Below, piece by piece: positions 53,596 to 64,000 of a DNA stretch of 64,000 nt; within the stretch, counting starts at the first letter, position 1, and every line of letters starts with the position of its first letter. The notes beneath the pieces were generated by a model. The model saw only the letters and a program-made list of their open reading frames with translations. It did not search any database and was not told the origin of the DNA. Position numbers and translations under genes: made by a program. The stretch covers positions 37,696,001 through 37,760,000 of the forward strand of contig OX597835.1 of the NCBI GenBank assembly GCA_951406725.2. The letters are read 5' to 3'. Source of the stretch: Octopus vulgaris. Taxonomy: Eukaryota.

Positions 53596-54138
53596 TTAAT
53601 GAGGCACTCATTTTCCAAGTTTAGGAATCTTTCCAAATGTTTGAAGATGATGATGAACAGGTGTATGGTTTTAACTAAGCTTTATTGCAAATTCTTCAAC
53701 TGATAATGCAGGATTTTCTTCAAGTAATGCTTCAAGAAGCTTATCATCAAACTCAACTGGACATCCTGTTCGATCTTCATCTTCAAGGCTTAAATCTCCC
53801 CTTCTGAATTTTGCAAACCATCTTCTGCAAGTTCTTTCATTCAAGCATTCTTTCCCATAAACTGAGTGTATGTTTTGAGTCACTTCAGCTGGTGAGTTTC
53901 CTTTTTTGTACTCATAAAGCATTATGTGCCTCAAATGCTCTTTGGATACTTCCATGTTAGAAAGGATTTTAATCAAAGAAATTTTAATTCTATTATTCTG
54001 TAAAATAATATTTAATTAGTTTAAATGGACACAAATGCATAAAAATAATTTTTAATTCCATTAGACATTCTAAAATACTATTAAATTTCATTCAATATTA
54101 AAAAAGGTAAAATCGGACAGAACTTATAGGATGACCTG

Positions 54139-54139
<1 letters not shown>
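53596..54139 (-). mobile_element. Mariner (Hsmar1/SETMAR-like) transposase 5' half with left TIR; inactive
   Basis: MEVSKEHLRHIMLYEY..WFAKFRRGDLSLED..G.P and a *VPH remnant of WVPH; TIR CAGGTCATCCTATAAG next to (TA)n. Confidence 0.88.
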
Positions 54140-54174
<35 letters not shown>

Positions 54175-54350
54175 CTGTATGTGTGTATATATATATATAC
54201 ACATATGACATGCTTCTTTCAGTTTCCATCTACCAAATCCAGTCACAAGGCTTTGGTTGACCTGAGTAGAAAACACTTGCCTGAGGTGCCATGCAGTGTG
54301 ACTGAACCTGGAATCGTGGTTGGGAAGCAAGCTTCTTACCACACAGCTAC

Positions 54351-54670
<320 letters not shown>

Positions 54671-55019
54671 TAATACTAATAATATTAGGGAGTATAACTC
54701 CAAACTTACAGGGAAAAATTTAATTTAGTATTAAATTAAATTTCACAATATAAATATATAATATATATAAATTAGAGAAAAAGCACTATTATGCAATTAA
54801 AACAATGATAGACATAAACTAAATCATAATAAATCAATATATATTTACTATATATGTTTATATATATATGAATATATATATATACACACACAGAGAAACA
54901 TATAGACATACACACATGTATATGTATGTATAATACACATATATGTACATGTATATATGTATTTATCGTTACAATGTCATCACATTTAATGTTATATACA
55001 CACATGTATTTAGTCCCCA

Positions 55020-55250
55020 TCTCCATGTGATCCCTAGATTTTGGTGATGACAAAGTTATTCTTGTTGAGTCTCTGGTTGTCTTAAGGAGTTCCGAGGCTG
55101 CTGAACCACTTGACCTTTGAGTCTCTTGGGCCAGGACACAGACCCAAGTTTTCATTGGCTTCTTGGAGGATTCCACCACGTTTGTCTGCGTTGTGTGTTA
55201 AAATGCCGGAAGTTGTTGACCACTTCACTTATCTCAGCAGTGAGATTCAA
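55020..55250 (+). mobile_element. Old RTE-like RT relic
   Basis: LDFGDD..ESL..VSW.RT..VDHFTYL pattern (RT motifs 5-7). Confidence 0.55.
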
Positions 55251-55643
55251 CCCAAAGCTTGACTAAATCTAAATCTAGGACACAAATAAAAGACTTCAGA
55301 ATTGTCTGTGGCTTTCAAAATTGAAGCGATGAGATTTGAAAGCCATATAAGGTGACCTGCGTCAATATAGTATGTATAGATATAGTGTCTGGTGCAGCTA
55401 TTGAAATGGAAGATTTAAAGGATTTTGGTATTGTTCTGCATGCTGACAGAAATGGTAATAGTAAATGAAAATATTTATAGAGAAAATCACATTTATACTT
55501 GTAGAATTCACCTTAGAAAGCTGACAATTGTTTCTGTTGTATTAACGTATTTAGATAGAGAAATTAATATTCCTGAAAATACATGTTAACAAGGCAAGCT
55601 AAAATTTTGTCATATATATATATATGATAAGTATGTATGTATG

Positions 55644-55690
<47 letters not shown>

Positions 55691-56173
55691 TCACACACAC
55701 ACACACAAACACACATAGACACAGGAGTGGCTGCATGGTAACAAGCTTGCTTCCCAACCACATGGTTCTGGGTTCAGTCCTGCTGTGTGGCACCATGGGC
55801 AAATGTCATCTACTATAGCCTAAGGCCGACCAAAGCCTTGTGAGTGGATTTGGTAGACAAAAACTGAAAGAAGCCCATCGTGTATATATATCACGTGACC
55901 GACCAGACCATCAGATATTGCCACACATCGCTGGTCATTGTTTTAGCCTTCGAATGACGCCACCCTGCTGGCTAAGCGAGCTGGCCAACAGAAGAAAGAG
56001 TGAGAGAAAGAGTGGTGAAGGAGTACAGCAGGGATCACCACCCCCTGCCAGAGCCACGTGGAGCTTTTAGGTGTTTTCGCTCAATAAACACACACAACGC
56101 TTGGTCTGGGAATCGAAACTGCGATCCTCCGACCGCGAGTCTGCTGCCCCAACCACTGGGCCATTGCACCTCC

Positions 56174-56288
<115 letters not shown>

Positions 56289-56747
56289 GAAGCTTTCTCT
56301 GTAGACTTGTTATTGTGTAACTCTAAGTTAGCTCTGATCAGACAGAACTATGATTAAAGGTTTTCCTTTTTGGTAACTATCCATTTTGTTTTTGTCAGAA
56401 TGGTGTATTTAGGAGCACATTATATCCTTAATATGGCCTTCCTTTTTTAAGATAGGATTGTATAATTTGGGGAAGATTTGGTTGTTATTTCTAGCGTGTA
56501 GAGACACCCTCATTGAGGTAATTCAATTGAAAATTTTCTTGGTGTGTAATTGTAGTTTTTTCACTTCTGAAGCCTAATTGGTACCTACCGTGTCTTGTGA
56601 GTTACAGTTTTCATGACTAAATCAATCAGTACACTTCACCAATCACTACAGCTGATCAATCATTAATGATGACCAAACTTTTCAGATGATCTCATATCTG
56701 TGTTGTTTACTTTTCTTTTTTTTTTTGTTATTTTATATCACAATCAG

Positions 56748-56814
56748 TGAACGACAACATCATTAGTTAAAGGATTTCCAATAGATCAGTCACTGAGTCA
56801 CGGTTTTTATCATG
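56748..56814 (+). other. Candidate 67-nt exon (stops in all frames, ends in ATG)
   Basis: Long T tract plus CAG acceptor; donor ATG|GTGAGT. Confidence 0.35.
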
Positions 56815-57964
56815 GTGAGTATAACAAGGGATTGCTTGTGCAACTCGGACAGAACAAATATCACAAGAGGTCTTTGTCTTAAAGAACCAGTTTGCTAGTT
56901 TTCCTGAGTAATGAGTAAATTTATAATATTTTCCTTATAATTCTTGCCAAAAGGTTTGGTAAAACAAATCAAGGACATAGAACTGAATACATGTGTGTAT
57001 ATAACATTAAACACAATAACATTGATGATGATAAATGATAAATACATGTATACATCTACATATTTGTGTATAATACATATATACATCTGTGTCTGAATGT
57101 GTGTATATATATAACTATATATATATATATATATGTGTATATATATATGTATGTATGCATGTATATGTATATATATACGTATGTATGTATGTATGTATGT
57201 ATACATGCATGTGTGTGTATGTTTGTGTGTCTGTATTTGTCCTACCAACATCGCTTGATAACCGATGCTGATGTATTTATGTCCCCGTAACTTAGCAGTT
57301 CAGCAAAAGAGACCAATAGAATAAGTACTGGGCTTACAAAGAATAAGTCCTGGGGTCAATTTGCTCGACCATGCGGTGCTCCAGCATGGCCACAGTCAAG
57401 TGACTGAAACAAGTAAAAGAGTAAAAGAATATATAAATTAACTGGCACTCCATTAGTCAGGATGACAAGGGTTCTAGTTGATCTAATCAATGGAACAGCC
57501 TGCCCATGAAATGAATGTGCAAGTGGCTGAGTACTCCACAGACACATGTACCCTTAACGTAGTTCTCAGAGAGATTCAGCATGACACAGACTGTGACAAG
57601 GTTGACCCCTTTGAAATAGAGGTGCTACTTATTTTTGCCAGCTGAGTGGACTGGAGCAACGTGAAAATAAAGTGTTTTGCTCAAGGACACAACACGTGAC
57701 TGGTTTTCAAATTCATGACTTTACGAACGTGAGCCGAATACTGAAACCACTAAGCCATGCACCTTCACACACATGCACAAGCACACACATACACAAACAC
57801 ATGCACACACACACACACACATACAAACACACACATGTGTGCAGAGAGCGTTGATGTTTCTTTCACTGCTACCATGACAACCAAAGTTATTTCTTTGTTC
57901 ACTCAGCTTTCAAACTTATACTTAAAAGAGAAGAGTATTCTTCAAGCAGTTTAAATGCAATTAT

Positions 57965-58345
57965 TTCTTATTTCTTTATTGCCCACAAGGGGCTAAACAC
58001 AGAAGAGACAAACAAGGACAGACAAATGGATTAAGTCGATTACATTGACCCCAGTGTGTAACTGGTACTTATTTAATCGACCTCGAAAGGATGAACGTAG
58101 CGGCAGACGAAATGCCTATTTCTTTACTACCCACAAGGGGCTAAACACAGAGAGGACAAACAAGGACAGACAAATGGATTAAGTCGATTACATCGACCCC
58201 AGTGCATAACTGGTACTTAATTTATCTACCCGAAAGGATGAAAGGCAAAGTTGACTTCGGCAGAATTTGAACTCAGAACGAAGCAGCAGACGAAATACTG
58301 CTAAAGCATTTTGCCCGGCGTGCTAACGATTCAGCCAGCTCGCCT
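57965..58345 (-). mobile_element. Family B SINE dimer
   Basis: Same GAAAT(A/G)C|CTATTTC junction near 58115. Confidence 0.85.
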
Positions 58346-59409
58346 CCATTTTCTGATATCCAAAGTCACATTTTAAACTTCAGAAAAGTCTTGCTTCTTT
58401 TTACTGTTCCTCTTACAGTCTGTATTTGTAATGTGCGAGTCGGATAATTTTTTTTTCTGAAGAAAGGCACTCAAGAGTCATGAGTTGGAAGTGGCCCAGT
58501 CCCCTTAGAGCAGTGTTTCTCAACCTTTTTTACCCTTCTGTAACCCTTAAAATAAATTACATGTCTCAAGGAGCCTTTGCACAAAAGCAAATTATATACT
58601 TTTATTTATTTTACTGTTTCAGTCATTTGACTGTGGTCATGCTGGAGCATAACTTATTCTTTGTAAGCCTAGTACTTATTCTATCAGGCTGTTTTGCTGA
58701 ACCACTAAGTTATGGGGATGTAAACACACCAACATTGGATGTCAAGTGATGGTGGCGGGGACAAACACAGATACACAAACACACACACACACACAGACAC
58801 ACAGATACATATATACATACATACAAGAGGTTTCTGTTTACCAAATCCACTCACGAGGCTTTGGTCAGCCCAAGGCTATAGAAGAAGACACTGATCCAAG
58901 GTGTCATGCAGTGAGACTGAACTTGGAACCATGTGGTTGGTAAGCAAGCTACTTACCACATAGCCATGCTTGTACATTTAGGATATATATATTCTAAATG
59001 GAGGCATATGGCATGTGGAGACACATGCCCAAGTGGTTAGAGCAGCGGACTCGCGGTCGAGGGATCGCGGGTTTGAATCTCAGACCGGGCGATGTGTGTG
59101 TTTATGAGCAAAACACCTAAGCTCCACGTGGCTCCGGCTGAAGTTAATGCCGAACTTCTGCTGACTTCTATGAATGGCGATGCCCCAGCATGGCCACAGC
59201 TTATGAGCTGAAACTAGATGAAATGAAATGAAAAACCTGGTTGTTATATTATTTTGATAACATAACAGGTTAGATAGGATGATGTCTATATTATAATATT
59301 ACAATAACCAATAATATGTCATGTATGTATAGTAATATTATGATCAGGAAATTAGTATTAGTTTACCTCACTCTTTCTTGCAGAACCCTGAGGAACCTTT
59401 TGTGGAACC

Positions 59410-59692
59410 CTCATCATCATGATCATTCTTCGACTGTGGTCGAGACAATGGAATTTACTATGCTATGCCAGACTTCACAGTCCATCATAGCATTACGGAG
59501 GTCCTGTTGCTGGATGCCTGTATCCCTGGAGATTACATCAGGGTAGGAGAGTGTACACCCTCTGGTATCGCAAGCAGATGGCTTCCAGAAGAGAAGAGTA
59601 GAAATTGCCTCGTTTTCAGCTCTACAACAATGTCCAGCAAACTGGACTTTCCTACCTTTAACAAGAGATGATACAGGTGGTAGTTCGTAGGG
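59410..59692 (-). mobile_element. RTE-like LINE C-terminal fragment with (TGA)n tail
   Basis: QFAGHCCRA..LLFWKP..AMMD..W; lies inside a hAT-like end (CAGTGTTTCTCAAAC near 59720). Confidence 0.8.
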
Positions 59693-61004
59693 TTCTAGGG
59701 AAACTCGTTTGAGAAACACTGCCTTAGAGTGTAAGAAGTTAAGGGCTGAAACCCTTGCCCAAGGTGTGTTTCTGCTCTGAAGGCATTCAACTGTTTAGCT
59801 CTTTCAAGAGTTTACCACAGTTTTTTTTTTTAAAATTATTTTTAGAACTTTTTAATAAGTATATCTCAGTGGTGTGTATGGTGATTGTTGTATTGGGTAT
59901 ACTGCCACACCCAATGCCACCAAATTTCAAGAAGGAGTAAAACAAAATTTTCTAGGAGTGGCTGTGCAGTAAGTAGCTTGCTTACGAACCACATGGTTCT
60001 GGGTTCAGTCCCACTGCATGGCACCTTGGGCAAGTGCCTTCTAATATAGCCTCGGGCCGACCAAAGCCTTGTGGGAGGATTTGGTAGACGGAAACTGAAA
60101 GAAGCCCGTTGTATATATGTATGTATATATATATGTGTGTGTGTGTGTGTATGTGTATCTGTTTGTCCCCCCAACATCGCTTGACAACTGATGCTGGTGT
60201 GTTTGCGTCCCCGTAACTTAGCGGTTCAGCAAAGAGATTGATAGATTAAGTACTAAGCTTACATAGAATAAGTTCTGGGGTTGATTTGTTTGACTAAAGT
60301 CGGTGCTCCAGCATGGCTACAGTCAAATGACTGAAACAAGTGAAAGAGTATTATGATTTGTGATTAAATTAATGAGTTAGGTAAATAATATTTATACTGA
60401 ATTTGCCACTGGACAAAATGGTTGGCGGTACTTCACCCATTGCTGTGTTCTGAGTTCAGATTCCACCAAGGTGGAATTTGACTTTCACCGTTTCAGGGTC
60501 AATAAACTAAGTACCAATGAAGCATTGGGGGTGCTGTAATCAACTAGTCCTGTTTGGCTACGTTCTAATGACCTAAATAATCAAAAGTTAAAAGATCAAA
60601 ACACATCATAACAGAGAAACATGAAACAAAACTCGATTAGTTGATAAAATCTTTATTGAGAATACAACTATTTTTTTTTTTTTACTTTTTTGTTTTTGAT
60701 ATAAGATTCCACAATAAAACTGGAAAATGAAGTTTTGAAAGCTTTATTAATTGCCGAATACAAACCGAAAATCAACAGACGAAGATAAAGCATGCATGAG
60801 CTGAAGTATAAAAGTTTGCAAGAATCAATCATTAAATAATATTAAAATCTATTGATAACGGTTTTATCAGTTACATCATTCCTATTATCACTTGCTATTA
60901 TCATTATTAAATGTGGGAATATAACTCACAGCCTGGGTTATAATTTCGTTCAGAAGATGTGGGACTGAGAAGGTCATGAAAATTTTAATGAGCTTAAGAC
61001 TGTT

Positions 61005-61016
61005 ATAATAATGATG

Positions 61017-61087
<71 letters not shown>

Positions 61088-61160
61088 AATAATGATGATA
61101 ATAATCTTAATAATAATAATAATAATAATCTTAATAATAATAATAATGATAATAATATTA

Positions 61161-61195
<35 letters not shown>

Positions 61196-61204
61196 ATTAA
61201 TAAT

Positions 61205-61268
<64 letters not shown>

Positions 61269-61606
61269 GCCCCGATGCAGTACAAGGCTGTGGTTCTCAT
61301 GGCTTCTGATCTTAACTGATTGGAAGTGTTATCATGTACATTGTTTTGTCTTGGTATAAAAGATGGGTTACAGCAAATATTCTGCTCAGTGTTACAGATT
61401 TGCTTGTCAGTTGTTTGACCGTAACCTTGGTGGCTGATGGTATGTGCATCTCTGATCATAAGTAGAAATAGTAGGGGAGTGTCATAACCATGTGTTGAGA
61501 GGAAATCATTGGGATTTGGATAATTCACCCCCTGGAAACATGGTTGTTTTATTCAACATCCTTAAGCAATCTTTATTCAGGGACCTATTGAGCAGGATGA
61601 GCTACT
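61005..61606 (-). mobile_element. (TAA)n tract (61005-61265) abutting an unclassified sequence, possibly a LINE 3' end
   Basis: An open frame runs into (TTA)n on the minus strand; no family motif recognised. Confidence 0.4.
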
Positions 61607-62211
61607 CATCATCATCATCATCATCATCATCGTTTAGCGTCCGCTTTCCATGCTAGCATGGGTTGGACAGGTCAACTGGGGTCTGTGAAGCTGGAAGGCT
61701 TCGTCAGGCCCAGTCAGATCTGGCAGTGTTTCTACGGCTGGATGCCCTTCCTAACACCAACCACTCCGCGAGTGTAGTGGGTGTTTTTTACGTGCCACCT
61801 GCACAGGTGCCAGACAGAGCTGGCGAACGGCCACGAACGGATGGTGCTTTTACGTGTCACCGGCACGGGGCCAGGCGATGCTGGCAACGGACACGAACGG
61901 ATGGTGCTTTGCTAGTAAGACCCACAGAAGAAAAAGCAGGTCAACCCCCGACACCGAGAGCATCGACGGATGGATGAATGTGCATCCAGGCTCAGTGGTT
62001 GCGTAGGAAGTCAGGGTGTTGTTGTTGCTTCACTCCAGCTCAACCATGATTGAATAAAACTCCTATAATCAAGCAAGCGCCAACACCTCCTTCACCACAT
62101 TCTTGGAGGTATTGCTCAGAAAATGGTATCCAGTGCATTCTTTATGTTTCCAAGAAATTAGTCAGTACCTGTTGTTCTTTTTCAAGATAGAGATGATGGT
62201 GTTCATTCCTT

Positions 62212-62630
62212 CAGCGAGCTGGCAGAAACGTTAGCACACCGGGCAAAATGCTTAGCAGTATTTCATCTGCCACCACGTTCTGAGTTCAAATTCCACCGAG
62301 GTCAACTTACTTTGCCTTTCATCTTTTCAGGGTTGATTAAATAAGTACCAGTTATGCACTGGGGTCGATATAATCGACTTAATCCATTTGTCTGTCTTTG
62401 TTTGTCCCCTCTGTGTTTAGCCCCTTGTGGGTAGTAAAAGAAATAGGTATTTCGTCTGCCGTTACGTTCTGAGTTCAAATTCCACCAAGGTTGACTTAGC
62501 CTTTCATCCTTTCGGGGTCGATTAAATAAGTACCAGTTACACACTGGGGTCAATATAATCGACTTAATCCGTTTGTCTGTCCTTGTTTGTCCCCTCTGTG
62601 TTTAGCCCCTTGTGGGTAGTAAAGAAATAG
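62212..62630 (+). mobile_element. Family B SINE dimer
   Basis: Junction AAGAAATAG|GTATTTCGTCTGCC near 62446; flanked by GGTGTT(C/T)ATTCCT. Confidence 0.9.
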
Positions 62631-63005
62631 GTGTTTATTCCTGCTATTCACTGAAGTCGGTAGCAGCTTTTAAGATCAAGAATTTTGTCAAGAAAGGCCG
62701 GAATGGACACTACCTTAACTGACCAGCGTTATTATTCCTTTAACCATTTTGTACCAGTTGTTTTATGTTTTCGTTGCAGTTTTTTTTTCTTTCGTTTTTA
62801 GCAACTTCGTAGAAAATATTCACAATTAAATCTGTATGTTTGGTAATAAATGACAACATTACCATGTAACAGAATGGAAGCCAAGAATAACAAAACAAGA
62901 AATATAGAAACTTGAAATATAATAAAGTAAGAAAATGCAAACACTGAAGAATTCTTCTATGTCATTATTAATGTGCAACTTCAACTATTTTCAATTTCTC
63001 TGCAG

Positions 63006-63110
63006 GATCTTGTGCAGCTGCTTCTAGCAGAGTATCTTAGCAGTAACAGTTGCCATGAGAGACAAATGACTTGTAGTATTCTTTCCAAACTTCGCAGCCA
63101 GATGAAGAAG
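63006..63110 (+). CDS. HEATR4: Internal coding exon (phase 0-0, 35 aa) of a HEAT-repeat protein, probably a HEATR4 orthologue
   Basis: Acceptor ttttcaatttctctgCAG, donor AAG|GTAAGG, open frame DLVQLLLAEYLSSNSCHERQMTCSILSKLRSQMKK. It aligns without gaps to the human HEATR4 segment as I recall it ([35 protein letters not shown]). Identity is from memory, not a search. Confidence 0.65.
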
Positions 63111-63516
63111 GTAAGGTAGAAAGAGTCTCTAGGATACGTTCTATATTTATCACAGAACTGATTCTGTAAATAGTGAAGAGAGCAGGAAGTCGTCTTTGTT
63201 AGACTGTAACGTATATAGCCGACTATGGTGTTTGGTGTCGGATCTAAATTAAATTGAGTTTGTTGTGGTGTGTAGATGAGATGTCGGACTGGTTGATTGG
63301 AGAGATAGGGAGAGGGAGAGGCGGATGGATAGGGTGGGAAAATGCTTAAATGGATATAGATAGATAAAGTATGTCAGTGTTGACTGGATATATGTGTGCG
63401 CGTATATATATATATAGATAGATAGATATACACATTATATATACAGAGAGAGTGAGAGAGAGAGAGAGAGAGAGATAGATAGGTAAATAAACAAACAGAC
63501 AGACAGACAGGCAGGC

Positions 63517-63586
<70 letters not shown>

Positions 63587-63925
63587 GGAGAGATAGATAG
63601 ATAGACAGCTAAATGAAAAGATAGATATATATATAGATAAAAAGATAGACAGACAGATAAATAGATAGGTACTGGATATAGATAATGTGTGTTTGTATTC
63701 CCTGGATAGATAGATACAATATGTAGACATTGACTAAGGAGATTGACAAAAGACAAACTGTGTGGTTGTTGACTGAATAAATAAGTTCAGTGTGTATATG
63801 TTGACTGGGTGCACAGTTCTAGGGGAATTCTTCTACAACAGTTTATCTGTGTATGCATGTATGTGTGTGTGTGTGTGTGTGTGTGGTTGTAGATGAATTG
63901 TTGTAGACAAATTCACAGGATACTT

Positions 63926-63963
<38 letters not shown>

Positions 63964-64000
63964 CAGACTTCTTTCAGTTTCTGTCTATTAAATCCATTCA

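Noticed and set aside
53671-53976. SETMAR gene call
   Set aside because: Only a mariner transposase fragment with stops and a TIR; no SET domain.

Overview
Eukaryotic, AT-rich, extremely repeat-dense genomic DNA. The SINE and microsatellite landscape suggests a coleoid cephalopod (Octopus-like); this is inference from recall, not a search. Almost all ORFs in the supplied track are microsatellite or low-complexity translation artefacts. I can support only one host coding exon: 63006-63110 (+), 35 aa, resembling HEATR4, so most of the window is probably one very large intron. The rest is decayed non-LTR retrotransposons (R4/Dong-like, CR1, RTE, Tx1/L1-like, Penelope-like), at least four tRNA-SINE families, non-autonomous Helitrons, mariner/hAT/TTAA MITEs and simple repeats. 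Most notable: (i) minimal hammerhead ribozyme motifs in (TA)n-embedded elements, one of them a fold-back; (ii) a LINE whose copies end at the same base in (TATC)n; (iii) a SINE forming fixed-junction multimers, apparently by inserting into itself; (iv) a PHD-type finger inside an RTE reverse transcriptase; (v) a three-level MITE>CR1>Dong nest. Repeat boundaries were read by eye and are approximate unless stated to the base.
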